Source: a bacterium
Lineage (GTDB): Bacteria > UBA8248 > JACPRG01 > G963555815
Assembly (NCBI GenBank): GCA_965261595.1
Contig: CBDHDG010000006.1
Coordinates: 1,152,001-1,216,000 of the forward strand
DNA: 64,000 nucleotides
Direction of reading: 5' to 3'
Of this stretch, positions 1-10,201 are shown piece after piece (within the stretch, counting starts at the first letter, position 1; each line of letters begins with the position of its first letter). Both the position numbers and the translations under genes were made by a program. The notes under the pieces are model-generated. The model saw nothing but the letters and a program-made list of their open reading frames with translations, ran no database searches and had not been told where the DNA came from.

Positions 1-61
1 TGGGCCGGGCATCCTGCCCGGCGTCATATCGAGACCCGGAACGGCGCGATTCAGCGCCCCG

Positions 62-1216
62 TCAGATGGCGTATCGCTCCAACAGCCGCCGGGCGATGAG
101 GAGGCGCTGGATCTCGTTCGTCCCCTCGCCAACGGTCAAGAGCTTGCAGTCGCGGAAGTAGCGCTCCGCGTTGAACTCGTTGATGTAACCGTAACCGCCG
201 TGGATCTGGATACCTTCCGAGGCGCAGAATTCCGAGGTCTCCGAGGCGAAGAGCTTGGCCATGCCGGCCTCCAGGTCGCAGCGCTCGCCCCGGTCCTTCA
301 TGGCCGCGGCCTGGTAGGTGAGCATTCGGGCGGCCTCGATGCGAGTCGCCATCTCCGCCAGCTTGATCTGAATGCTCTGGTGTTGGCAGATGGGCTTGCC
401 GCCCTGCACCCGCTGCTGGGCGTAGCGGATCGAGTCCTCGAACGCCGCGCGCGCCAGGCCGACGCCCCGGGCGGCCACGTTGATGCGCCCGATCTCCAGC
501 CCCGCCATGACGTAGTTGAAGCCCCGGCCCTCCTCGCCGATCAGGTTCTCGGCCGGGACCCGGCAATCCTGGAAGATCAGCTCACCGGAGCGGATGCCCT
601 TGTATCCGAGCTTGTGGAGGTGGCGGCCGACGGTGAACCCGGGCATGTCCTTCTCGATGATGAGACAGGAGATCCCCTTGTGCCGGAGCGAGGCGTCGGG
701 GTGGGTCCGGACAAAGACGCTGAACGTCGTGCCCATCTCCGAGTTGGTGATGAACATCTTCGTTCCGTTGACGATGAACGCGTCTCCCTCCCGGCGGGCC
801 GAGGTCTTGAGGGACGCGGCGTCCGAGCCGGACTCGGGCTCGGTCAGGGCCATCCCCGAGCGGCGAACCCCCGCCGCCAGGTCGGGGAGGAACCTCCCCT
901 TTTGCTCCTCCGTCCCGTAATTCTCGATGATCCAGCACGTCATCCCGTGGCTGCCGATAATGCCGCCCAGGCTCATCCAGCCTCGGGACAGCTCTTCCAT
1001 CAGGATGGCGTAGCTGACGTAGTCCATCCCGGAGCCCCCGTATTTCTCCGAGACCAGGAAGCCGAACAGGCCCATCTCTTTCAACCGGTCCGCCAGGGCG
1101 TGGGGGTACTCGTCCTTATGTTCCAGCTCGCTGGCGGTGGGGATGACCTCCTTGTTCACAAATTCGCGGATGGTCCGCTGCACCTGCCGCTGCACCTCGT
1201 TCAGCTCGAAATCCAT
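62..1216 (-). CDS. Acyl-CoA dehydrogenase
   Basis: 384 aa; ALTEPESGSDA, NGTKMFITNS, KLG.KG, IQIHGGYGY..E and GEGTNEIQR motifs. Confidence 0.95.
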   Translation of the reverse strand: MDFELNEVQRQVQRTIREFVNKEVIPTASELEHKDEYPHALADRLKEMGLFGFLVSEKYGGSGMDYVSYAILMEELSRGWMSLGGIIGSHGMTCWIIENYGTEEQKGRFLPDLAAGVRRSGMALTEPESGSDAASLKTSARREGDAFIVNGTKMFITNSEMGTTFSVFVRTHPDASLRHKGISCLIIEKDMPGFTVGRHLHKLGYKGIRSGELIFQDCRVPAENLIGEEGRGFNYVMAGLEIGRINVAARGVGLARAAFEDSIRYAQQRVQGGKPICQHQSIQIKLAEMATRIEAARMLTYQAAAMKDRGERCDLEAGMAKLFASETSEFCASEGIQIHGGYGYINEFNAERYFRDCKLLTVGEGTNEIQRLLIARRLLERYAI

Positions 1217-1295
1217 ATGCGTTTGCTCCCGATGCCGGCCGCCTATCCGCCGAAGCCACGAATACGACGGAGGGGGGCTATTGATCCCCTTATTG

Positions 1296-1431
1296 TTAAT
1301 GACCTATCTGCGTATCGCGTGAAATGAAAGGGCCGGTACAGAGCCCGGCCCCTACATGTCCATTGCGGGATCGCGCGTAGGGGCGGGTGCGAGAGTCGGT
1401 TGACTCCCGCACCCGCCCCAGAAATGTCGGG
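1296..1431. repeat. GTAG-type REP/REPIN-like composite palindromic repeat, copy 1
   Basis: ggccggtacagagcccggcccctac...gtaggggcggg...cccgcccc; closely similar copy at 60300-60414; intergenic. Confidence 0.75.
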
Positions 1432-1498
1432 TGATCCTCCGGACCTTTCGTTGAGCTGCTCCGTGTAGGACATTATTTATGCCATCCTAAATAGTCCT

Positions 1499-2692
1499 TC
1501 AGATTGCGCCTTCCCGGCGGAGTCCTTCGATCTCCTCGGCGCTGTACCCGAGTTCCGCCAGGACGGTTTCCGTGTGCTCTCCCAGCCGGGGCGGGGGGGT
1601 CAGGCGGACATCCGAGCGCGAAAACTTCACAGGAAACCCGAAGAGCTTCAAGGGGTCGCCTTCGCCGCCGCCCTCGGCCGCGTCAACCTCGCGGAGGAGC
1701 CGGCGGTGCTTCAACTGGGGATGATCGATGACCTCCGAAATTCGGTTGACCGCTCCGCAGGGAATCCCCGCGGCCCTCAGCCGCTCGAGCCAGGCGGCGG
1801 CGTCCTCCTTCTTGAAAGTCTCGGCCAGCTCCCGGTCCAGGGCCTCCAGGTTCTTCATCCGATCCGCGTTCGTCTGAAATCGCGGGTCTTCCTCCAGATC
1901 GGGCCGCTCGATGAGGGCGCAGAAAGTCTCCCACAACGCCGGCGTCGCCACCGAGATATTGACCCAAACGCCATCCTTCGCGGTCCACGGCCCGTAGGGG
2001 GCGATCAGGTGGTGCCGGAGGCCGACCCGTTGCGGCTCCTCGCCGCCGTACAGATATTGATAAGGAAGATAGCCCAAGAGCGAGACCAGGCAATCGAACA
2101 TCGAAACGTCGATCTCCTGGCCCTCGCCCGTCCGCAGCCGCTCCGCGATGGCGGCCTGGACGGAGATCGCCGCGAACAGCCCCGCCGAGGCGTCGGCGAT
2201 CGAGAGGGCGATCTTGGCCGGGGTCTCGGGCGGACCGTTCAGGTGGATCGCCCCGGCCTCGCCCTGGATCAACATGTCCAGGGCCTTCATGTCGCGGTAG
2301 GGGCCGTCCTGTCCATAGCCCGAAATGTGGCAATAAATGATCCGGGGATTGATCCCTTTCGCCCAGGCGTAATCGACCCCAAGCCTGGCCGCCACCCCGG
2401 GGGAGGCGTTCTCCAAAAACACGTCGGCGCCCCCCACGAGCCGGCCGAGGGCCTCCCGCCCCCCGTCGCTTTTCAGGTTCAGGGTGATGGAGCGCTTGTT
2501 GGGATTGCACCACAGGTGCGCGGAGCTGACGCCGGGAAGCACCTCGTCCCACCCGCGCGCGAAGTCGCCCGTCCCGGGCCTCTCCACCTTGATCACGTCG
2601 GCCCCCAGGTCCGCCAGGAACCGGGCGCACAGCGGCGCTGCGACCGATGATCCCAGCGAAACGATCTTCAAGCCTTCGAGGGCGCGGGACAC
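1499..2692 (-). CDS. CaiB/BaiF family III CoA-transferase
   Basis: LADLGADVIKVERPG.GD, NPNKRSITLNLK, ISGYGQDGPY and PPRLGEHT motifs. Confidence 0.95.
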   Translation of the reverse strand: MSRALEGLKIVSLGSSVAAPLCARFLADLGADVIKVERPGTGDFARGWDEVLPGVSSAHLWCNPNKRSITLNLKSDGGREALGRLVGGADVFLENASPGVAARLGVDYAWAKGINPRIIYCHISGYGQDGPYRDMKALDMLIQGEAGAIHLNGPPETPAKIALSIADASAGLFAAISVQAAIAERLRTGEGQEIDVSMFDCLVSLLGYLPYQYLYGGEEPQRVGLRHHLIAPYGPWTAKDGVWVNISVATPALWETFCALIERPDLEEDPRFQTNADRMKNLEALDRELAETFKKEDAAAWLERLRAAGIPCGAVNRISEVIDHPQLKHRRLLREVDAAEGGGEGDPLKLFGFPVKFSRSDVRLTPPPRLGEHTETVLAELGYSAEEIEGLRREGAI

Positions 2693-3316
2693 GGGGCGCG
2701 CCTCAGGCGGGACGGCAGACGGACATCAATTCGGACATGCCGGAAACCGACTCCAACCGGCGGACCGTCGCAAGGACTTCATCCACCCGCTCCCCGGAGA
2801 GAACCCGGGAGGCGTTGTCGCGGAACTTGCGCTCGACCTCCCCGGGGGTGACGGGGTTTTCGGCGCACCCGCGGTTGCGGGGCTCCTCGCGCGTCAGCGC
2901 CCGGCCGTCCTTCATGCGCACGGTGACCGTTCCGGGGAAGAAGCGGGGAAAATTCTGGCTCTCGTCCCCGACGCACGTCGTTCGCGCCGCGAGGTCCAAC
3001 AGGCCGGCGGCCACAGTGTAGGGGACGCTGAACTGGGCGTCGTACGGCGTCTGGGGCCGGCGCTTGGTCTCGACCGGGTCGCACACGACGGGCATCTCCC
3101 GGGGGTGGATCCGGCACTCGACCGAATCGATCCCGGCGGGGTCGATCCGGTGCTCCTCCCGAAGGAACAGCGCGGCGTCGATGAAGGCGTGGGTGAAGTG
3201 GCAGCAGGGAAACGGCTTGTGGCAGAGCTCCAGGGTCTTCCATTGGGAATTACAAAGAAAGGTTGACATTTCCGCTCTCAATCCCTATATTTCAAGTATT
3301 GGAAGGGAGAGCGGAA

Positions 3317-4285
3317 ATGGCGAAAAAAGCACCCGGAAAAGCGCACCGCAAGGGGATCACCATCGTTCAATTGATGGATATGTTTCCGACCGAGAAAGCC
3401 GCCACGGCGTGGTTCGAATCGGTAATCTGGCCGGACGGTCGCCACTGCCCCAAGTGCGGATCGCTCCGCACCAGCGAGGCCAGTCACGCGAAAATGCCCT
3501 ATTGGTGCACCGATTGCCGATCCTATTTCAGCGTCAAGACGGGCACGGCCATGCAGCGGTCGAAAATCCCACTCCGGAAGTGGGCCATCGCCATCTATCT
3601 CTGTCTGACAAACCTCAAGTCGGTTTCGTCCATGAAGCTGCAACGCGACATTGGCGTTTCGCAGCCCACGGCTTGGTTCATGCTTCACCGTATCCGGGAA
3701 GCATGGGGCGGGGATGGCGAAGGCCCGTTTGACGGCCCGGTCGAGTTCGACGAAACCTATGTCGGCGGGAAGCGCCAGAACATGTCGAACGCGAAGCGCA
3801 AGGCGACGACGGGGCGCGGACCGGTGGACATGGTGGCGGTCGTGGGCGCGAAGGACCGGGCGACGAACAAGGTCAACGCCCGCGTGATCGAGAGCACCGA
3901 CAAGGCCACGCTGCAAGATTTCGTGGCCGAGAACGCCGAGCCGGACGCGGTGGTCTACACCGATGACGCCGCTGCCTACGAGGGCATCCCGAACCCGCAC
4001 GAAAGCATTAAGCACTCGGTCTCCGAATACGTCAACGGCATGGCGCACACCAACGGGATCGAGTCCTTCTGGTCGATGCTCAAGCGCGCCCACAAGGGCA
4101 CCTTCCACAAGATCAGCCCGAAGCACATGCAACGCTACGTCTCCGAATTTGCTGGCAAACACAACGTCCGCGACTCAGGAACGCTTGCGCAGATGCGGCA
4201 CACCGTCGCTCGGCTGGTCGGGCGCAACCTTCTCTACCGCGACCTCATCGCGGACAACGGGCTTTCGTCGGGCTCCGGGGCGTAA
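3317..4285 (+). CDS. IS1595-family transposase
   Basis: Zn ribbon CPKC...CTDC; VEFDETYVGG, YTD and HTNGIESFWSMLKR motifs. Confidence 0.95.
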   Translation: MAKKAPGKAHRKGITIVQLMDMFPTEKAATAWFESVIWPDGRHCPKCGSLRTSEASHAKMPYWCTDCRSYFSVKTGTAMQRSKIPLRKWAIAIYLCLTNLKSVSSMKLQRDIGVSQPTAWFMLHRIREAWGGDGEGPFDGPVEFDETYVGGKRQNMSNAKRKATTGRGPVDMVAVVGAKDRATNKVNARVIESTDKATLQDFVAENAEPDAVVYTDDAAAYEGIPNPHESIKHSVSEYVNGMAHTNGIESFWSMLKRAHKGTFHKISPKHMQRYVSEFAGKHNVRDSGTLAQMRHTVARLVGRNLLYRDLIADNGLSSGSGA

Positions 4286-4378
4286 CGGTTCCGTGCGGCG
4301 GAACAGCGCCTTTGCCAGCGTCTCCGGAGTCGCGCCCGCCAAGTCCACCCTGGGGTCAAGCTTGGAGCGATACGGCAT
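4175..4378 (-). CDS. Small IS passenger ORF (67 aa) overlapping the transposase 3' end in antisense
   Basis: ATG at 4378 preceded by GGAGGT RBS; MPYRSKLDPRVDLAGATPETLAKALFRR. Confidence 0.5.
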   Translation of the reverse strand: MPYRSKLDPRVDLAGATPETLAKALFRRTEPLRPGARRKPVVRDEVAVEKVAPDQPSDGVPHLRKRS

Positions 4379-4397
4379 AGCAGTCGACCTCCACCCG

Positions 4398-4835
4398 TTA
4401 GGTAATTTCGTCTTGGTGCGCGACGAGACAGCGCGCCGCATTTTTCTGGAACCACTGGTGTAGAAGCTGGCCGTTGTACTGATCTCCGATCTGCGCACCA
4501 ACCACCTTGTCAAACCTTGCGAGAATTTGCGCTCGCACGGCGATCAACTTGCTCGATGCCATGGTTTCATCGGGGTCGACGTAGCGATTCGCGATTACAC
4601 AGGCCGTCGTATAATCCACTTCCAATGAAACCCCCGGTTGGGCGATCTTGGATCGCCTTCTCCGTATTTGACGGTAAACTACCGGCGTGTAGATGGCGAG
4701 GATGCCTAATAGCCCGACGCCAGCGAGAATGCCCCATCTGTAATCGCCTAACGGGAACATCGGTTCCGTCCAGAATCCGACGCACAATACGACTGTGGAG
4801 AAGAACGTTGACACGACAGGGCCTCTCCAATCCAT
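4398..4835 (-). CDS. IS passenger: hypothetical membrane protein
   Basis: 145 aa; two N-terminal hydrophobic segments followed by RRRR and a soluble domain; lies inside the IRs. Confidence 0.65.
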   Translation of the reverse strand: MDWRGPVVSTFFSTVVLCVGFWTEPMFPLGDYRWGILAGVGLLGILAIYTPVVYRQIRRRRSKIAQPGVSLEVDYTTACVIANRYVDPDETMASSKLIAVRAQILARFDKVVGAQIGDQYNGQLLHQWFQKNAARCLVAHQDEIT

Positions 4836-5892
4836 CCGTCAAGCATGCGCGCCTCCCGCGCTGGCGTCAACCAATCTTTGTAATTCCCCTTCCATTCCGT
4901 CCCCAGCCCGGAGGTCAGGCGGTAGAGATCCCTTTCTTCTCCGTTTTTCCCGATGTAGAGGTTGTAGAACCCGAACCGCCCTTCGAAGACCTCTTTGGGT
5001 CCGGTGAACCCGCGCAGGGCCATCCGGGCGGCCACGAGGCCGCTGTGACCCGCCCAGCCGGGGTGGATCTGCTTGGTCCAGGCGCCGTCGGTCAGGAACT
5101 CCATGGAGCCCGCCGCCATGCTCCCGCAAAGACCCAGCGCGTTCGCCGTTTGCTCCGCGGTGCATCCCCAGAGCTTTGCCGCGACAAGGGCGGCGGCGAA
5201 GGGGCCGCAGACGGACGTGGCGTGAAACCCGCGGTCGTGGAATTGGCCGGGGCACACCAAGCCCAGCCGGACGAGAACCTCCCACCCGGCGACGGCAGCT
5301 GCCAGCAGGGCCCGGCCGTCCTTCCCCCCCGCCTCAGCGGCGGCCAGGGCGGCGGGGACGACGCAGGCGCTCGCGTGGATCACCGACTCGGCGTGGGTGT
5401 CGTCGTAGTCCAGGCCGTGGGCCAGGGTCCCGTTGGCGAGGGCCGCGTTGGGCGCGGGGAGGCGGTGGTCCGACCCCAGGACGGACGCTTCCTCCCCCGT
5501 CCCCAGGTCGCATGCGAGGGCGACGGCGGCCCGGCCGAATTTCATGCCGGAGGAAGCCAGAGCGATCCCCACGATGTCCAAAAAGGCGGTCTTGGCGCTC
5601 TCGACGACCTCGGGGGGGATCTCCTCATATTCGAGACCGAGGACCCACTCCGCCAACTGTCGCGAGTACGTTGCCACTACGGTTGCCTCTTCATTCCGGT
5701 TTCGTGATCCCCGACGCGGCGCGGTTTCCCGCTTTCCCTCAATCTTCTAATATACATCGGTCAAGGAAATCCAGGAAACCGCGAGGGCGCTCCGGTTCAT
5801 GGACCGGCCTGGGGTCGTAGGAGGGTGTCCCCCCAAGCGACCCGGCGAAAAGAATGTTTCGGATGAAAACCGGGAGAGGAGAACAATCCGCG

Positions 5893-6912
5893 ATGCGCGC
5901 CCAAGTGCTTCATGAGTTCGGCGGCCCCCTCAGGATGGAGGAGCGGCCCGTTCCCGAGCCCGGCCGCGGGGAGGCCCTCCTGCGCGTGCGCGCCTGCGCC
6001 GTCGATCAGTTCGACCTGACCATCCGGGACGGGAAATGGCCGGGGACAAAGCTGCCCCTCATCCTGGGGCACGAGGTGGCCGGGGAGGTGGAAGCCGTCG
6101 GTCTCGGCGTGGAGGGCGTCTCGATCGGAGACCGGGTGGCGTCCACACTCTACCTGACGTGCGGCGCCTGCAAATTCTGCCGGACGGGCCGGGAGACCCT
6201 GTGTCTCAACTTCGGCGGCCATCTGGGGGCCGAGGCGGACGGCGGCTTCGCCGAGTGCATGGCGCTGCCGGCGGACATGCTCGTCCGGGTCGCGGATCAT
6301 ATCTCCTTCGAGGCCGCCTCCATCCTGGCGAACGCCTGCGGCACGCCGTACCACGCCGTGAAAGTCCGGGCGGAGGTCCGGCCGGGGGAAACCGTCGTCG
6401 TGGTCGGCGCGGGGGGCGGCGTGGGGATCCACGCCGTCCAAATCGCCCGGGTTTGCGGGGCGAGGGTGTTCGGCGTCGAGCTGCCCGGCGAGAAGCTCGA
6501 CGGGGTGAAGGAGATCGAGGCCGACGCGGCGCTTTCGGCCGATTCGGACTGGGCGGCCGAAGTCTTGGAGAGAACGGACGGGGCCGGGGCCGAGAAAATC
6601 ATCCAGCTTGTCGGCGGGGAGACCTATGCGCCGAGCTTCCGGTGTCTGGCCGTGGGGGGCCGGATGGTCATTATCGGCAGCCACGCCGGAACCGACCTCG
6701 GCGTGTCGGGCGTCGATATCCTGGCCAAGGAGTGGGAGATCCTGGGCTCGCGAAACGTGACCAAGCAGGAGCTGGCCGAGGTGGCGGACCTGGCCGCGCG
6801 CGGGGAGATCCGCCCCGTCGTCAGCCGTACGTTCGCCTTCGAGGAGCTGGAGGAGGCCCACCGGCTGTTGCGGGAAGGCAAGATCGCCGGCCGGGGGGTG
6901 GTGCGGATTTAG
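5893..6912 (+). CDS. Zn-dependent alcohol dehydrogenase (MDR family)
   Basis: GHE, CGACKFC..G....C structural Zn site, GAGGGVG. Confidence 0.95.
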   Translation: MRAQVLHEFGGPLRMEERPVPEPGRGEALLRVRACAVDQFDLTIRDGKWPGTKLPLILGHEVAGEVEAVGLGVEGVSIGDRVASTLYLTCGACKFCRTGRETLCLNFGGHLGAEADGGFAECMALPADMLVRVADHISFEAASILANACGTPYHAVKVRAEVRPGETVVVVGAGGGVGIHAVQIARVCGARVFGVELPGEKLDGVKEIEADAALSADSDWAAEVLERTDGAGAEKIIQLVGGETYAPSFRCLAVGGRMVIIGSHAGTDLGVSGVDILAKEWEILGSRNVTKQELAEVADLAARGEIRPVVSRTFAFEELEEAHRLLREGKIAGRGVVRI

Positions 6913-7044
6913 GAAGGTTCCGGGTCGGTGGACTCCTGAGTCGGTTAACTCTTTGGCCATCCGTGGATGAAACCGGTGCACTCCGTGTAATCTGTGGATA
7001 AATATTTGTGCGTGACCGTCCGCAGATGAGATTGGAGCAACTCG

Positions 7045-7350
7045 ATGACTTCCGCTGGGATTGACATCCCGAAAGAGAAAATCGCGGAGTTCTGCCGGAA
7101 ACACTACATCCGCAGACTGGCGCTCTTTGGCTCTGTCCTTCGGGAGGACTTCCGTCCGGACAGTGACGTGGATGTGCTCGTCGAGTTCGAGCCGGGGCGC
7201 CCCGTCGGGCTGATTCGCCTGTCCCGCATCGAGCGGGAGCTTTCCGACCTCCTGGGGCGGAAGGTGGACCTGAACACCGCGGGCTTTTTGAGTCCCCACT
7301 TTTACGAGAAAGTGCTAAGAGAGACCGAGGAGCAGTATGTCGCACCATGA
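7045..7350 (+). CDS. MNT minimal nucleotidyltransferase antitoxin (MntA-like)
   Basis: GS-X10-DXD ([15 protein letters not shown]), LGRKVDL; overlaps the HEPN gene. Confidence 0.9.
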   Translation: MTSAGIDIPKEKIAEFCRKHYIRRLALFGSVLREDFRPDSDVDVLVEFEPGRPVGLIRLSRIERELSDLLGRKVDLNTAGFLSPHFYEKVLRETEEQYVAP

Positions 7351-7687
7351 GGACAGCGTTCGCCTACGGCACATCCTCGCTCACGCCCGGGAGGCCGCGG
7401 AGCTGGTCCAGGGCAAAACGCGTGAGGACATCAAAAGAACGCGCGTATTGGAGCTTGCGCTGGTGCGTCTGGTGGAGATCGTTGGAGAAGCCGCGTCGCG
7501 GGTTTCTCAAAAGACGCGGAAGAATCACCCGCAGATTCCTTGGGTGGATATTGTCGGGATGAGAAATCGCATCGTTCATGGCTATGATCGCGTGGACTTG
7601 GACGTTCTTTGGGACACGGTGACGGATGATTTTCCGCCGCTCATCGCGGAATTGGAAAAGATCCTCTCGCCCGAATCCGCCGGTTGA
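7337..7687 (+). CDS. HEPN/DUF86 RNase toxin (HepT-like)
   Basis: EIVGEAA, IPW and R-X4-H-X-Y (RNRIVHGY). Confidence 0.9.
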   Translation: MSHHEDSVRLRHILAHAREAAELVQGKTREDIKRTRVLELALVRLVEIVGEAASRVSQKTRKNHPQIPWVDIVGMRNRIVHGYDRVDLDVLWDTVTDDFPPLIAELEKILSPESAG

Positions 7688-7946
7688 GAGGGGTCGGCGG
7701 CCCGAGATCCTTATGGACCAAAGAGATCGTGCACGCCACTGAAATCAATGCCTGAATCTTTTTCCGGCTGAATCCATGTAATCAGCGGAATTAGATGGCT
7801 CGGTATCGCCGGCTGGTGCGTTTATCGAGCCTGACCCACCCCCCCCCCTCCAGCCAGTCCCCGGCAATCCGGAACAGCAAATCCGCAAATACCGCGTTCA
7901 CCCCTTCGGCGCACCATAGATGTCGTGATCGAGATTGTCCGTCCGG

Positions 7947-8996
7947 TCAACCGGGCGGCTCGGACGCTTCGGGAGCGGCGGCGGATTCTTCCGCCCGCGA
8001 CGCGGCCCAGGCCCCCTCCAAAACCCGCCCCAGGGCCCGCTCCAGGACCGAGATGAGGGCGTCCACGTCCTTGGCCTCGTCGATCTCCTGACGCAGGAAA
8101 CGCGCGGCGGGAAAGTCGGAGGCGTAATGGACCACGTGCTTTCTGGCGTGGACCAGTGCGCGGCGGGGAATCATTTGCCCGGCAAGCGCGCGGGTGTGCC
8201 GGAGGGCGCAGGCGAGGCGCTCGGAGACCGGAGGGTCCGGCGGAAGGTCTTCGCCCGCAATGGCGGCGTTCATCTGAGCAAAAACCCAGGGCCTGCCGAT
8301 CGCCCCGCGTCCGACCATCACCGCGTCGCATCCCGTTTCCTCCACAATCCGCCGGGCGTCCTCGGGGGTGTTCACGTCTCCGTTTCCGATGACCGGCACG
8401 CCCACGGCTTTCTTGACGGCGCCGATGACGCTCCAGTCCGCCCGGCCGTTGAACGCCTGGGCCCGGGTGCGCCCGTGAATCGCGATGGCGACGGCGCCGG
8501 CGTCTTCCAGCTTCCGGGCGAAACCGGTCACAGCCTCCACGTCCACGTTGTCCCAGCCCGAGCGGATCTTGACCGTCACCGGGCGGTCGACGGCGCGGAC
8601 CATGGCCGAGACAATCCCGGCCGCGCGGTCGGGAAACCGCAGCAGCGCGGAGCCGGCCTCGGTCTTGACAATCTTCTTGACCGGGCAGCCCATGTTCACG
8701 TCCACCACGTGGGCGCCCAACTCAACGGTGATCCGGGCGGCCTCGGCCATCTCGCCCGGATCACTTCCAAAGAGCTGCATCGACACCGCGCCCTCGGCGG
8801 GGTCCGTCCGAAGCTGCGCGCGGGTCTTCTCACTCCCGTGGACCAGCGCGCGGCTGCTGACCATCTCGGCGCACACGAGTCCAGCCCCCCGCTCCCGGGA
8901 CAGCACGCGATAAGGCAAATGCGAATACCCCGACAGGGGGGCCTGGACCACACGGGAGGTCAGGGTGACGTCTCCGATCCGGACCGGCGCCTTCAC
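7947..8996 (-). CDS. dusB: tRNA dihydrouridine synthase B
   Basis: QAPLSG, DVNMGCPVKK, HGRTRAQ, GNGDV, VMVGRG; GTG start overlaps the tsaD stop. Confidence 0.9.
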   Translation of the reverse strand: MKAPVRIGDVTLTSRVVQAPLSGYSHLPYRVLSRERGAGLVCAEMVSSRALVHGSEKTRAQLRTDPAEGAVSMQLFGSDPGEMAEAARITVELGAHVVDVNMGCPVKKIVKTEAGSALLRFPDRAAGIVSAMVRAVDRPVTVKIRSGWDNVDVEAVTGFARKLEDAGAVAIAIHGRTRAQAFNGRADWSVIGAVKKAVGVPVIGNGDVNTPEDARRIVEETGCDAVMVGRGAIGRPWVFAQMNAAIAGEDLPPDPPVSERLACALRHTRALAGQMIPRRALVHARKHVVHYASDFPAARFLRQEIDEAKDVDALISVLERALGRVLEGAWAASRAEESAAAPEASEPPG

Positions 8997-10105
8997 GAGG
9001 CGAGCTCCCAGCCGGCCTGCGCCTCCATGGCGAGGGCTTCTTCCAGCGGCGGCCCCCCCCCTCCCGCCTGGAGCGCGGAATGGCCGGCGGAGGCGATCAT
9101 CGCCGCGTTGTCCGTGCAATACGCCGGGGCGGGGATGTGGACCCTGACGCCCTCTTCCCGTCCGCGCCGGACCATGGCCTCCCGCAGGCCCCCGTTGGCG
9201 GCCACGCCGCCGACGACGGCGACGTCATCCACCCCCTCGCACCCGGCGGCTCGAAAGGTCTTCGCCACCAGCACCTCGACGGCGGCGTCCTGGAACGCCC
9301 GGCAGATTCGCCCCAACAACTCCGGCGGGATCTCCCGGGCGCGCTCCCGGGGGCTGAGGCCCGGGTCGTCATCGTACAAACCCCGGCCTTTCAGGTCATA
9401 CAGAACGGCCGTTTTCAGGCCGCTGAAGCTGAAGTCGAACGATGGGTCGTTCAGCATCGGACGCGGGAATCGCGGCGTCCCGTCTCCGGTGCCGTCGATG
9501 GGGCCGTGCGCCCGGGCCAGCTTGTCCACCACCGGCCCCCCCGGATATCCGAGACCCAGGATCTTGGCGACCTTGTCATACGCCTCCCCGGCCGCGTCGT
9601 CGCGCGTCGCTCCGAGCAGTCTGAACTTCTCGGATTCATCAACCCGGTACAAATGGGTGTGGCCGCCCGACACCACCAGGGCCACGAAAGGGAATCGTGG
9701 CGGGACCGGGCCTCCCAGGCCGTCCGGCTCGCGCGTGGCCCCCTCGATGAACACCGAGGCCACGTGGCCCGCCAGATGGTGGACCCCCGTCAGGGGAAGC
9801 CTTCTCGCCAGGGCGATCCCTTTGGCGGCCTGCAAACCGACCAGAAGGGCCACCAGCAGCCCCGGCCCGCGGGTGACGGCCACGCCCTCCACGGCCTCCC
9901 ATCCCCCCGCCCGGGAAACCGCCTCGTCCACAACGGGGTGAATGCGCTCGATGTGCCGCCGGGCGGCCAGCTCGGGGACGACTCCCCCGTACGGGGCGTG
10001 CAGATCCGCCTGGGAGGCCACGACCGTGGAACACACGGTCCGGCCCCCTTCGACGACCGCCGCCGCCGTTTCGTCGCACGAGGTTTCGATGCCCAGCACC
10101 CGCAT
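8993..10105 (-). CDS. tsaD: tRNA threonylcarbamoyltransferase
   Basis: LGIETSCDETAAA, HHLAGH, SGGHT, DDAAGEAYDKVAK, CTDNAAMI. Confidence 0.97.
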   Translation of the reverse strand: MRVLGIETSCDETAAAVVEGGRTVCSTVVASQADLHAPYGGVVPELAARRHIERIHPVVDEAVSRAGGWEAVEGVAVTRGPGLLVALLVGLQAAKGIALARRLPLTGVHHLAGHVASVFIEGATREPDGLGGPVPPRFPFVALVVSGGHTHLYRVDESEKFRLLGATRDDAAGEAYDKVAKILGLGYPGGPVVDKLARAHGPIDGTGDGTPRFPRPMLNDPSFDFSFSGLKTAVLYDLKGRGLYDDDPGLSPRERAREIPPELLGRICRAFQDAAVEVLVAKTFRAAGCEGVDDVAVVGGVAANGGLREAMVRRGREEGVRVHIPAPAYCTDNAAMIASAGHSALQAGGGGPPLEEALAMEAQAGWELAS

Positions 10106-10201
10106 GTTGTTATCCGTTCATCGAGAAGCGAGGACCATCCGCGGCCGTCCCGGCGGCTGCTCAAGCCCCGCCGGAGTCTCTGTCCACGCGGCGGAAGCCG
10201 A

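Larger units (their letters stand above)
3245..4888 (+). mobile_element. IS1595-family element with passenger genes (1644 bp)
   Basis: 23-bp terminal IRs gggaattacaaaga(aa/tt)ggttgac (21/23); 8-bp TSD cttccatt at 3237-3244 and 4889-4896. Confidence 0.95.
2703..5677 (-). pseudogene. MmgE/PrpD family protein interrupted by an IS1595 element
   Basis: N-part (NGTLAHGLDYDDTH...GLGTEWK) and C-part (WKTLELCHKPFPCCHFTH) join in frame once 3245-4888 and one cttccatt copy are removed; a further short deletion is likely near 3000. Confidence 0.9.

Noticed and set aside
1431..1492. Possible IS-end remnant (ttatttatgccatccta)
   Set aside because: No partner IR, TSD or transposase
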